Positions 1 to 45,581 of a DNA stretch of 64,000 nt are shown one piece after another. Below the pieces are notes generated by a model. That model did not search any database. It was not told where the DNA came from and was given only the letters and a program-made list of their open reading frames with translations. Location: NCBI RefSeq assembly GCF_009914755.1, contig NC_060940.1; one strand, 5' to 3'. The stretch is from the human T2T-CHM13v2.0 reference genome, Homo sapiens. The first letter of the stretch is position 1. Each line of letters starts with the position of its first letter. The translations under genes were made by a program, and so were the position numbers.

Positions 1-259
1 GACAGGGTCTTGCTCTGTTGTCCTGGCTGGAGTGCAGTGGTATGATCATAGCTCACCGTAACCTTGAACTCCTGGGCTCAAGGGATCCTCCTACCTCAGC
101 CTACCAAGTAGCTGGGACTATAGGCACACACCACTATGCCCTGCTAAAGAGGTGGTCTCACTATGTCGCCCAGGCTGGCCTCAAGTGATCCTCCCACCTT
201 GGCCTTCTAAAGTGCTGGGATCACAGGTATGAGGCATCACACCCAGCCTTTTTATTTTT

Positions 260-850
<591 letters not shown>

Positions 851-2455
851 AGGGCTTTCCAACTTACCCAGTTCTAAGATTCACCTGAGAACTTCCCTGG
901 AGATTCCAATTCAGCAAATCTGGCGTAGGGCCAGCCAATTCTCTATTTGTTCAGGCTGCATCTGCCTTTGCTATGCCCAGCACCCAAGGCCAGATACACA
1001 GTAAGTGGTCCAGAAATATCTTCTGATGAATACCTCTAAAACCTGTCTCTAGCTCTGGTTTCCCTTACATACACCTCCCCAACTGATGGCCTTGTCTTAT
1101 GTCAAAAGCAACCTGAAAAGCACTTTGAGTGTGAAAGTACCATATGTTCAGTGTGGAAGAAGCCTGGAAACTCAAACACTCTCCCTAGTCCCCCCCATGG
1201 GGCATAGCGCTTTAGAATGCACTTTCACCACCAGGATCCCAATTAAGGAATGGAACAGAAGCCTGAGGAGGGGACAACAGAGGGAGGGAGGACTGAGGTC
1301 AGACTGGTGGAGGAAGCAAGCAAGCTGAATCCCCAGGGGCCAGAGGGGGCAGTTAGAGATGAGGCTGAGGGGGTGAGCAGGGGCTTGGTGAGCATGGGAG
1401 GCCTTGTGGAGTGGCTGAGTTTGGAATTTATCCCAGGGTACCGGGGAGCCACCAGTGGGCTTGAAGCAGGGGGGTTTTGTGATCACGTGTGTGCTTTGGG
1501 AAGGTCACTCTGGCAGCTGTGAGAGGGAGGAGGCCGGAAGCAGGGAGGAGCCTGCAGTTACATTAGAAGAAGCAAGAGTCTGGGCCTGGTGGCTCACGCT
1601 TATAATCCCAGCACTTTGGGAGGCTGAAGCAGGTGGATTGCTTGAGCTCAGGAGTTTGAGACCAGCCTAGGCAACATGGCAAAACCCCATCTCTACAAAA
1701 AATACAAAAATTAGCTGGGCACGGTGGTGTGCACCTGTAGCATCAGCTACTGAGGAGGCTGAAGCAGGAGGATAACTTGAGCCTGGGAGGTTAGGGCTGC
1801 GTGAGCTGTGACTGCACCACTGCCTGATAGCCTGGGCAACAGAGTGAGACCCCATCTCAAAAAAAAAAAAAAAAAAGAAGCAAGAGTAGCCTGGGCCAGA
1901 GTGGGTAAAGGCTAGAAGCAGAGGCTTGAAAGTCATGCTCGCTTTAGCATGCGGTTTCATATGACTACTGTGATGTCCAGTGACTGCTCCGCTCCATTCC
2001 TTCCACACCTGTAGCCTATACCTTTACACTTCCCTTTTCATCCTTGACTTTTACCTTCTAATACTCAAGGTTTAGTCTGATATTTCCACACTAATATAAA
2101 ACGAAATAGAAGGCACTCGAGGGCTAGGGACATCCTCTATCTATCTCTGGTAGTACCTAACCTTGAACATAGACCTGGGTCCTAAGCAGTTATTCAGGAC
2201 ATACTTGTAGATTAATAAGTCATCACCTAAATACCTCTGCTGTCTGCCTGAGAGCCTGAAGTTTCCACAATTAAAGCCCTTCCCAGCCTGGGCAACATAG
2301 TGAGACCCTGTCTCTATAAATAATTCTTTTTTTTTTAATTAGCCAGACATGGTGGCATGTGCCTGTAGTCCTAGCGACTCAGGAGGATTGCTTGAGCCCA
2401 GGAGTTAAAGGCTGCAGTGAGCTATGATTACGCCATTGCACTTCAGCCTGGGTGA

Positions 2456-2599
<144 letters not shown>

Positions 2600-2778
2600 T
2601 GAGTAGATGGGATGACAGGCACACACCACCACAACCAGCTAATTTTTGTATTTTTAGTAGAGACGGGGTTTCACCATGTTGGTCAGGCTGGTCTCGAACT
2701 CCTGACCTCGTGATCCACCCACCTTAGCCTCCCAAAGTGCTGGGATTATAGGCCGTGATTGCCATCACACCAAGCCTA

Positions 2779-3138
2779 CAGTCCCCCATTTTTTATGGGG
2801 GATATGTTCCAAGCTCTCTGGTGGATGTCTGAAATCAAGGATAGTCCTGAATCCTATATATAGTATGTGTTATCAATCTGATAACTGAGATGGCTACTAA
2901 GTGGCTAATAGGTGGGTAGTATATACAGCATGGGTATGCTGGACAATGGAACGAGTCACATTCCAGGCAGTATGCAGCAGGATGTTGTGAGATTTCACCA
3001 CTCTACTCAGAATGGTGTGCAATTCGAAACATGATTTCTGGAAGTTTCCATTTAGTATTTTCAGACTGCAGTTGACCATGTGTAACCAATAGCAGAAAAT
3101 AGCAGAAAGTGAAGCTGTGAACAAGGGGGAGACTACTG
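2779..3138 (+). mobile_element. MER2-like TcMar-Tigger DNA transposon
   Basis: TA|CAGTCCCCC ... GGGGGAGACTACTG|TA termini with TA duplication, ~360 bp, recalled MER2 internal sequence. Confidence 0.7.
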
Positions 3139-3450
3139 TACTCATTCTGATTTTGCCAACAAGTTGCCGGACAACCCTGAGCAAGTCACTTCATTTCTGA
3201 ATTTAGGACAAAACTGCCTGGCTGATCAAATAGAGCTGTGAGCATCACTTGAAAAGGCAGACATGAAGGTGTTTTGCAAAATGAAAAATATAGAGATGGA
3301 TTATAAAGGGTGATCCATGCATGTTTGGAAAAGTAAGTAACAGCACAGAAAACAAAATCAACTTCTAAAACATTGGATATAGGTTTAGCAACAGTCCTTT
3401 ATACCTTTAAGAGCAGTCATTTGAGCTGAGAGGTAAAAAATAAATATGGC

Positions 3451-4486
<1,036 letters not shown>

Positions 4487-5201
4487 TTAGGCTTGGCAGT
4501 TGATGTTGGCAGACAATGAAAGCTTTCCAAATGTCTTTAAAGGTTTAGCATCACTACTCTACACCCTCATCCAATGGTGTAAGATGACTCGCTGTCCCCC
4601 AAATACTCTTGTAGACTTTTATGCCTTTGATCATGGCTCTTCACCTTACATGTCTTCGTGTCACTTGTTAATGCTTTGCTAATCCTTTAGACCCAGCTGA
4701 AATGAGATACTCCTGGAGTGATTTACTCCTTTAGCTGTGAGCTCATTTCTTTCCACTATAACAGTTATTGCATTAATTTTTTGTGTGTTTGTTTTAACCA
4801 GTTTTACTAGTTAAATTTTGAGTCCAAGGGCAGGAAACACATCGTGAGTCATCTTTGAATCTCCAGTGCCTAGAACAGGAAGCTACACACACCAAGTATT
4901 CAATAATTACTTGATGAGCTGCATCATGTCTCACACATGTTCTCAACAGGTATAGAGAAAACCAGAGTGTTCACATGTAACTTTAGGCCTTACCCCAAGG
5001 AGGGCAGGAAGATTCCCTGCTCATTATGTCTTAGAAAATCAATATGTCTCCCCTTCGTTTGTTGATTATCTTGATTAAAGAGTTTTTAAAAAACATGTAA
5101 ATGATCATAATTATTGCAAGCTTTACAGGGGTAACAATAGGAGCCAAGGAAGATCTTGGAAATACAACTGTTCTCCTGAGAATCATAGGATAATGATTTC
5201 T

Positions 5202-9756
<4,555 letters not shown>

Positions 9757-10814
9757 TGACTGTTTAACCCATTCCGGTCAGGTCCACCTCCCTGATATAC
9801 TCACGTGAATCAAGCCAAGGCCATCAGTGACATTCTCCAGTGACTTGCAAGGTGACCCAATCCAATAGCCACATCTCTGGCCCAAGTTTATCACACCGCT
9901 CAGCTGATGCCTCCTACCTGAAACCTTCTCTGCCCAGGGATTCCACAACTCAGCGCTAGCTTTCATGACTTCCTAGATGCTGCCTTTCAGACTCCTTCTC
10001 CATTACCCTCCCAATATTGGAGTGCCCCAGGATTTGGCCATGGAATTTCTCTTCACTCTTTCCTCCAAGCCAAGCCAGGGGTCGTAAACTGACAGCTCAT
10101 CTGTGTGGTTTAATCAGCTCATGAAGTTTAAAAACATCTGATTCAGTTGCTAACATCTAAAAACTCTGGAGATTTGACATCTTAAAAATACAGATTTTTT
10201 TATTCCTTTAGGGGAAAAAAAAAGAGTATGTTATTGGGCCAGCATTCTCACAACGGAACGGTCAGATGGATGGAGAAGAAGCTGCTCCCTAGATATTGGG
10301 TCCATTTGATATCTAAGGGAAGAGTCATATTCCCTGTAAGTACCAAAAGGCTCTCATCCCAGAGCCACCAGCACCTTGCAGTCAGTTCTTGGTCAACTTG
10401 ACTGCAGGTTGGGAAGGGTCCGCAGGCGCCTCCTGGGGAGGGGTGGGACTGAAGGTCTCCGCCCACAGAGAACAGCTCTCCCGCAAAGACAAGAAATGCA
10501 CGTTTCCACAGAATTACACAGCGCTAAATACAGAAACTCCTTTCAGTAAAAAGCGATTGCTATGAACGTGTTAAAGCATCAAGTCTGGTTTTCCGCCACC
10601 TCTCCGGGCTGAGGTGGCCTGGGGACACCAAGAGGAGGCCCTCCCACTCTCCTCTCGCACCCGCTTTTAGGTGGCCCTCTTCTAGGGCGGAGAGATCACC
10701 AAAAGCCGCTGAGCAAGGACAGCCCTTCCAGTCGTCGCTCGCGGGCACGGAGCTGGGAGCGCGCGGGAACCGACCGGGCCTTACTCTGGGGCGGGCAGCT
10801 GTAAGACATTCGGA

Positions 10815-10864
10815 GGGCGGGTCGGGCCTGGCTGGGGCGGAGACTGGGCGGGGCCGGGCCCGGG
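10815..10864 (+). promoter_or_regulatory. GC-box cluster / G-quadruplex-forming sequence
   Basis: Eight G3-G4 runs with 1-8 nt loops, including GGGCGG Sp/KLF boxes. Confidence 0.65.
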
Positions 10865-11289
10865 AGCCTCCTCAGCCCCACTGGCTTGCCCCGCGCGCGC
10901 TTCCTCCAGCCACCCCCACTTCCCCAACCCTGTACGGGTTCAGGGGGCCGGAGACAGCAGCTAGGGAATAAGGTCAAGCGGACTGGATCCGGCACCGCCC
11001 AGGGGCGGCGGCCTCCGCCCAGGAAGCCCCACCCAGCGGGAGCCAGGACGCCGCGGCGCCGGCAGAGCCCACGAGCGACCCGGCGAGGGCGCGTGCGGCG
11101 TGACGACGCGACTCGCGGCGCGTCCCGTGACGCCATCGCGCCCGCTTTTGAAAGTTGGCGCCCGGGGCCGCCTCCCATGCTGCCCTGCGCCAACCCCTCC
11201 CCTCACCTTTCCTCCCCCGCCCTCTACTCGCCGCCCGGCCGGTCCCCCCACCCGTCCCTTCCCTTATCAGCACCCGCGGCCCCGGCAGC

Positions 11290-11491
11290 GCCGACGCAGG
11301 CGCACTGCACCGCGCCGCCGCCATTTTGTGTCTGAGCCTGTGGAGCGATTAAACCGTGCGCGGAGCTGCTTCTTTGGCGGCAGCGGCGGCGGCGGTGGCC
11401 GGTGCGGACGCGCGGAGCTCGCCGGAGACGCCGGGTGGCCGGAGCCGTGGAGCGGCGGCGGAGCGGGCGCCGCGGGGGGTGTGGCGCGGAG
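11290..11491 (+). other. CTCF: CTCF exon 1 (5'UTR, non-coding); 5' end approximate, could extend to ~11175
   Basis: Donor GAG|GTAAGG with GT at 11492-11493 inside the CpG island; no ATG between 11290 and 11491; sequence recognised as the CTCF 5'UTR. Confidence 0.88.
11317..11328 (-). promoter_or_regulatory. YY1 binding motif
   Basis: GCCGCCATTTTG reads CAAAATGGCGGC on the minus strand, the canonical YY1 consensus, just downstream of the TSS region. Confidence 0.8.
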
Positions 11492-13772
11492 GTAAGGGGG
11501 CCCGGGGTGGAGGAGGTTTCGCGGGCCGCCTCTAGGTGTCACGATGGGGCCGCTCCGGTCGGCGCTGGCTGCAGCCCGGCGCCAGCGCCGCCGCCGGGGG
11601 GTGTTTGTCTCCCTCTACCGTCCCTGCTGCGGCGCGGCCGCCGCCATTGCCCGTCGCCGCCGTGGCCCGGCCGCCCCCCCCACCCCCACGCCCGCCCGCC
11701 CGCCCGCCCGCTAGGCCTCCCTCCTGGCAGCGCGCTAGGCCTCGGGCGGCGGCAGAGGCAGAGGCCCGCGCGCCCGGCGACTCCATTTTCCTTCCTTTGT
11801 CTGCCCTCGAGGCCGGTTCTTGGCCGGCCGATCGCCCGGCCGCGGCCCGCCCTCTGTCCTGTGTCCTCCGCCCCTCCCGCGGCGGGTGGCCCCAGCTGAG
11901 ACACTATCTCCGCGTCCCGGCTTCGGCGCCCGCCTAGCTTAAGGGTTCGGACCGACTGCCGCCGCGCGCTAAGCCAGGTCCCGGTGCCGTATGGGTGTCG
12001 GGCCCTGGCCGTCGCGTCTCGGGCTGCCCCTCCTCCAGCCAGCCCCGTCCCCGGAACCTACCCTGCTGGCCTGCGTGCCTTCCCAGCTGCTTGGCTGCTC
12101 GGCGGTCGCTCCCAGTCCGCGCGTCGCCGCCGCTGGTCTCCGTCTCCGCCGAGTGGCGCAGGCGGCGCTGCAGCGGCTGCGAGCAGAGGGACCCCAGAGC
12201 TGCCGAGAGCTCCCTCTGCAAGGCTGGCTGAGCTGCTCGCACCTCTACGCTGCCTGAGCGGGCGGGGGGACGCGCGCTCGCCGCCCCCGCTGCGCCCCCA
12301 AACTCGCGCCCGGGTTCCTGGCCGGACCCGACCGGTGCGGCCCCCCCACGGTGGGCGGAAAAGATGCGAGTTCCGCACCAAGTAGTTTTTATCCAGCCGG
12401 GTTCGGACTCCCCAGCCGAGTGATAGCAGCCTGACTTTGTGCGCTCAGAGATCTCAAAGGGACTGAAACTTAAATTTCATTCTGATCTCAAGTGACGTGA
12501 CAAATTTCTGAATTTGGGAGTATGGGCTAAGTCCCTTGAGTTTCCCTCCCGCTTTAAAATGTCCTCACACTAACTTAGTACCTGATGCTCTAGGGCTAGG
12601 TGAAGGCGGTTCTGCCCCAGGATTGTGCAACTCGATCTAGAGCGCCAGTAGGGCAGAATGAGTTTATTCTTGACTCGACTGGTAATTTGCCCATGCGATG
12701 AAATATGAGGGTTGATGTTGTAATTGAATCCTGGGTCACTTGCTGCAGATGGTTTATAAATATCTACGCCTAATGTAACTACTGTTTAGTAGGAGACTTC
12801 CTGTAGCCCCGAGTTCAGCGTTAAGTAAACATTCGCATACGTAGTCTTCATACTTTGAGTTTCGATCAACTAGGAAAGTTAAAAACCAAGTCCTCATAGG
12901 TGGGAAAGGAAGTTAAACAAGGCATATATTTAAATTTATTCGGTCCTTAAGTTTTCTTTCTTCACTAAAAAGCATCCCGTTGAATTGCGGGAGTCTTTTG
13001 CTTTTCCGTAAATATTCTAGTGCCTTAATATAGTTCATTGCAGCAGTTAATGTATCAGTTCGGGTTGTTTTGGAGAGAAGAAAGTCTGGATTAACCTGTT
13101 TTTAGGAAGGAAGCTATGTTAAGTTTATGAAGAAATTAAACAGCCTGGTCCTAACCAAAGTTGTCCAGTCCACTGTATGTAATCTCAATGTGTAGCTCCT
13201 CACTGCAGTCCTCTTCGTAGGCACGCTTTCTATGTCTCCTTTTGGAACCCTGCAAAATATTCCTGCCACCCCTCTTCCTCAATAAAATTGCATAGAGTAA
13301 CTAAATGCAGTAGCGTTGATTGATAGTTAGACTTGGGAATAGAATCACCTTTAATTATCTAATATGTTAGTCCAATTGTGTAATTTATTGCATTCTTTTG
13401 TGACTTTGTTTTCCTTTTGAAATTGTGGTTAAGTAGCATGTTTTATTTATTTAAATAAGCTCAACATTGAGTTAAAAATTAAAATACAGCAGGTGTATAA
13501 TCGAGCCAGGAGTAAAGCTTGTTTTCCCGGGTTAGTACTGTGCTCCATAGACCATATTTTGCTTCTTGGTTTGGTTGTTTCATATGCAGTCATCAGCTTC
13601 TTGGGTTTATACGTCATTTATGCTGTTTTAGTGGAATAGACCTTTTCCACACAGTTGCTATCCTTTGAAATTCCCATATGCCAGGAATCATGCTTTGTTT
13701 TGTTTTTATTAAAAAACAATCTACGGAGAGAATAAATTGAGGATGAATTGATATGTTAGGGTAACCCAGACC

Positions 13773-19660
<5,888 letters not shown>

Positions 19661-19914
19661 GAGTACTATTTTGCTACTTAGAAACCTTTAGTCCTTTATA
19701 TATTTAGCAAATGTGTGAAAAAATAAATGAATGTTTTGTTATTGGCTTGATGGTGGACATTTATGGAATGGCTCGGTTAGTGACATGACATGAACAGGTG
19801 TTTTGTTTCTTTCCCAATTTTTTCTGTCTTCAGTTTTCCCTCATTTTTTTTCATACTATATGCGTATTTGTATGAATTTAGTGTTTCATAAAATGATTTG
19901 TGCTTTTCTTTTAG

Positions 19915-20031
19915 AATGATTACGGACCTGAAGCCAAAGAACAAGATGCGCTAGTGGACAGATTGCTGACCAGGGGCTTGAGAGCTGGGTTCTATTTTCC
20001 CTCCTCAAACTGACTTTGCAGCCACGGAGAG
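19915..20031 (+). other. CTCF: CTCF exon 2 (117 nt, 5'UTR, contains uORF)
   Basis: Acceptor ttttcttttAG (AG 19913-14), donor GAG|GTAAGT (GT 20032-33), lies in an Alu-free island. Confidence 0.93.
19916..19954 (+). other. uORF MITDLKPKNKMR* (12 aa) in exon 2
   Basis: ATG 19916, second in-frame ATG 19946, TAG 19952-54; translation not shown by the sequence. Confidence 0.6.
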
Positions 20032-21384
20032 GTAAGTGCTATTTCCATTTTTTCTATCTTAAAAATGGTAGTAATATAACCCTCCTGGAGTTGGAGGATT
20101 TGTTGGCTAATTCTTGAATATAGGGGATGCAGGATATCAGGTGATTGAGAGCATACAGGCTTCATAATCAGAGTCCTGGGTTTGAAACTCTTTACGATGA
20201 TATACTAGCTGGGTAATATGGGGCAAGTTACTTTAACCTGTCTACTCCTGTAGTCCTCACTTGTGAGAGAATAACACCACCAATCTCAGAGACTATTCTC
20301 CGTTAATGAGAATGTGTTTTGTAAAGCTTTAAGTACTATTCTGAACATGTACATAGAAAGATCCCAGGAAATTGTGGCTGCTTTTCTGTAGAAACCCTTG
20401 GAATGTGTATTTTGACTATTGGCAAATGAACTGAAAAGAAAGTCCATGACCTGTGGCTACTTGTAATTTTGATAAGAAACAGATGGAATCCTGTTCTTGG
20501 GGAACCTGGTATCCTGGATAAAAATTGTCTTAATTTGAGTTAGCCTAGCTCATTGCCCATTTTGCGTCAGAGTGTGACAGTGATTATCATTTTAATTTAG
20601 CCTGTAATTTTTGCTATAAAATATAATGGACATTATATGGAACTTGGAACAGACCTTCTATAAATATTGGAATCTACTATGCTTTGGGATCTCATAAACA
20701 ACAAAGTGGGATTCTGGTTGTAAAAATTATCTCTTCTCACGGTACCGGAAAGCACATTTTTTTCAGACCCTAGAAAAATGTGAAAATAATTTAATCGTAC
20801 ATGTGTAATGGCAAAAAGGAATGTAGAAGTGGAAATTACAAATGCCAGGATTAGATAAGCTTATGTGAATGAATCATCTAAATGACTACTAAGATTTTTC
20901 TTACAAGCTCTGCCTGGAGCAAATAAAGAGAAGGGAATAGGAATGAAAGTTCTGTTATTCTTCAAACCTTTATTTTCCAAATGGGCAACTTGTTATCCTG
21001 CTAGATGGGAAGGAGAAGGTCTGTGGTAGTATTCTGTCACTCCAAAAATAACTTACGCCCTGCAGGTTCTTTTAGGAGTGTTGACACAGAGTGCATACCA
21101 AAAGTTGCTGATTTAAAAACTATTGAGAAATCGAACCTTTAAGAGTTTAGGGAATGGGTTTATAGGAACACGTTAATCACTTTCAAGTGTTATGACTAGC
21201 TTAATTGCTTAGATCCCTGTTTCTCAAACTGGGATATGAATACCCTTAGGGAATCAGGTGGTATGATTTCGGGGTACTTGGAGTCACAAGAAAGATAAAC
21301 ATGACCCATCTTCCTAGAACTTCAGTTATAGTCATAGAGGAGGTGGTGAGTTAAGTAATTTAACTGGTCAGTGATTAAATATTA

Positions 21385-22220
<836 letters not shown>

Positions 22221-22438
22221 ATTAAATATTGTTATATTAAAACAAATAGACATTTTTGGAGCAGAATGAAAACTGTATGATTAAGATAACATAGGTCTTC
22301 AACAAAATGAGCATGAGTGCCTGAGGGTGGGAAGTTCTCTCTGTATAGGTTCTATAGTGGATATGTTTGAGAAGCAATACATTTGAGCTATAGAACAGCT
22401 CTGCTATCCTGCTCCTTACTTTGTCCTTGTAGTATTTG

Positions 22439-41799
<19,361 letters not shown>

Positions 41800-41800
<1 letters not shown>

Positions 41801-41910
41801 AAAATTTATATATATATGTATAAATGTTTAATATATATTTTATATTTATATATTTGTATATCTTTTTTATATTTTAATATATGGTTTTTAATATATATTT
41901 TATACATATA
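41800..41910. repeat. AT-rich low-complexity / degenerate (TA)n
   Basis: Direct reading. Confidence 0.85.
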
Positions 41911-41949
41911 AAGAGAAAGGTGCAAGGTATCTTCTGTTCTCTTAAAATT

Positions 41950-42310
41950 TTTTACAATTTCAACTTTTATTTTAGATTCGGGGGTACATGTCCAAGTTTT
42001 TTTGTGTACATGGGTATATTGTGTGATTATGAGGTTTGGGGGTACAATTGTTGCTCATCACCCAGGTAATGAGCATAGTACCCAATGATTAGTTTTGCAG
42101 CCCTTACCCCGTTTTCTCCCTCCCCCTCCTAATCCCTAAGGCCTATTGTTATGTTTATGTCCATGTGTACCCAGTGTGTAGCTTCCACTTGTAAGTGAGA
42201 ACATGAGATACTTGGTTTTCTGTTCCTGCCTTAATTCGCTTAGGATAATGACCTCCAGCTGCATCTGTGTTGCTGTAAAGGACATTATTTCATTCTTTTT
42301 TATGGCTGTG
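41950..42310 (-). mobile_element. L1PA/L1PB-type 3' end fragment
   Basis: CAACTTTTATTTTAGATTC-GGGGTACATGT ... CCACTTGTAAGTGAGAACATG, typical antisense primate L1 3'UTR. Confidence 0.8.
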
Positions 42311-42913
42311 CGTTCTCTGCCTTCTTATGATGTCTGAGGGTTCGTATCAACCTCTGTTAGGCCATTTGTTAGGTACCCTTCATGTTGACTTTCAGAATTT
42401 CTGTGGCTTGTGAAAGTTCATGGGGTCTTAGAGCTGCTAATGTATTTCTTACCAAGAGAATGCAGATAGACTTCTGATCTCCCCAGGAAATAAGTTGGGG
42501 TTTTTAGCAATCAGTTGCCCCTTATAATGGATAGTAAGCAGTATATTAAAAAGTTGTGGGTTTAGTTATAAAATAGACTGCTGGAAATCATTCTCTTCTA
42601 CTGTCTTATTCTCAGTACACATGGATTATTCCTAGTATAATAACCAGTCTACTTAACTGACTAAACTCTGCAGTGGTGAGTATAAAAGGTTGTTTTGGTT
42701 GTTTTCCTTTGGAAATTGTCTGACATATTTGCTATGTAGTCATAATCATAGGTGATAAATTACTAAACCTTAATATCTTCAAAAATTAGTGTATTCACAA
42801 TTAGCTTCCATTTTTACATGGCAGGATTTTAAAAAATCTAACCTGTAATTGTGTTTTTGGGAATTTTTATTTTTCTCTATTAAGAAGTGACACAGGCTGA
42901 GCATGGTGGTTTA

Positions 42914-43201
<288 letters not shown>

Positions 43202-43289
43202 TCATGCCTATATTCTCAGCATTTTGTGGGGGATGAAGTGGGAGGATCCCTTGAGCCCAGGGGTTCGAGAACAGCCTGGGCAACATAAT

Positions 43290-43385
43290 GAAACTTTGTC
43301 TTTCAAAGTTTCTAAACTTTGCATCACTAAAAAAATAGTGATGCGTAAAAAAACTTCGCATCACTAAAAAAATAGTGATGCAAAG
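43290..43385. repeat. Nested inverted/tandem repeat (2 x 24-nt hairpin unit, period 37)
   Basis: GCATCACTAAAAAAATAGTGATGC at 43321-44 and 43358-81. Confidence 0.95.
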
Positions 43386-44620
43386 AGAGCAATAAAGGTA
43401 AATTCGTATACTTAGGCTTTCACTTAGCATATAAACAGTGTTTTGTTTTTCCATGTTCCCTTCCTGCTCTTGTCCTGTGCAGGAACCATCTATACCTGTT
43501 TCATCTGACAAAGTCAGTGAGAATTCCTGTTTGTCTAACACTGTTTTGTATCCATTGCTGTAGAGACTACAGAAACAAAAGGCATAGTTACTGCCCTTAA
43601 AAAGCTAATACTGGGGGAAAAACACATAGAACATTATGCTACAGTTAAAACTTGTGGTCAGTTTGTACTGGTCAAGGTTGAGATGACTTTGATTTAGAAG
43701 GTGACTTGAGCTGGGAAGGGACAAGACATCAGATACTGATATAGAAGATGCCCAGCAGGAAATAGTCAAAGGTGAGGTTGGGTGGGTGGAAGGGAATGGG
43801 AACAAACTGTACAGAGCTCTGGGAGCTAAGATGGAGAATTTGGACCTGATTCAGTCAGCATCACCAATCATGAATTTTTGGAATTTTTGAGCCTCATTTC
43901 AGGAAGGTTTAATGTGGCGTCAATATTCTGGATAGAACAAGACTGGCCAGCCTGCAAAGCTGTTCTGTCTCTTCCTACCACCCTCCCCCACCCTTCCTTT
44001 GACTCACCTCAAACTTCTGGGCCCAAGCCATCCTCCTGCTTCAGCTTCTCAAGTAGCTGGAACTATAGGTACAAACCACCATGTCTGGCTTGTTCTGTTT
44101 CTTTTTTACTCTTTCTCCTTCATTCCTGGATTTAGTCAGTCACCAGCTTCTGTCAACTGATTGTACCTTCATCGTACAGAAATCCAGTACTTTATCAGAG
44201 AAGTCATTTTTGTGGGGAAAATTTATCAAAGGTTTAGATAAGATTAGATTCTAGGAATCTAATTAGAAAGCTAAGAAGCCAAAAAAGCATATATTGTTGA
44301 GTTAACCATGTTGAATGTCTTCTTGGCTGGCGGTATAAGGATACAGAGGATGGCAGTTGGCACCATGCATGTATTGTTTCATTGGGTTTTTATGATAGCC
44401 TGTGAAATGGGTACCATTTCCTTATTTTATAGAAAAGAAAACTGCAGCGAGAAGGTAGCATATCTCACCCCAGGTCACAATGCTAATTAGAAAAACCAGA
44501 ATTGGGATGCACGTCTCTGACTCTTAACAGTGATTCCATTCTGCCTCTCCTGTCCGCCCTCCCTTTTTAAATATAGAACAAACATTTTCTCCATATTATG
44601 TATTAAAGCACTATTTTTGA

Positions 44621-45000
<380 letters not shown>

Positions 45001-45371
45001 TGAGCCACCATGCCCAGTCTGGGGAGTATCTTTCAAAACAACCATAGCAGTTTAACAGAGGCAAATGCTGTCACATTATTTTAGTTTAGCATTTCTTTTA
45101 CTATTAATGAGGTTTGGTTTTTTTCTTATTCATCTGCCATTTGTGTATTTTCAGTCATCTATTTGTGTCCTTTGCCCAGCTTTTTCTTTCAGTGTTCATC
45201 TTTTCATTGTAAATTTTACAGTTATACATATGATAAAGAGGTTAATCCATTGTCATAGATGTTGCAGATATTTTTTTCATGGTTGGCCATTTTCTTTTTA
45301 GTTTTTGTTCAACATGTTTTTGTCATACATAATTTTATTTTTATTTTATTTTATTTTATTTATTTATTTAG

Positions 45372-45581
<210 letters not shown>

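Larger units (their letters stand above)
10560..12420. promoter_or_regulatory. CTCF: CpG island / TATA-less promoter of CTCF
   Basis: Sharp rise in GC and CpG density, Alu-free, multiple GGGCGG GC boxes (10788-10853), GTGACG CRE half-sites at 11100 and 11127, spans exon 1. Confidence 0.95.

Noticed and set aside
10696-12385. Long overlapping Pro/Arg/Ala/Gly-rich ORFs on both strands
   Set aside because: Expected from stop-codon scarcity in a CpG island; no recognisable domain
43321-43381. Palindromic direct repeats resembling a mini CRISPR array
   Set aside because: Only two units, 13-nt spacer, no cas genes, human intron; kept as a fold-back scar instead
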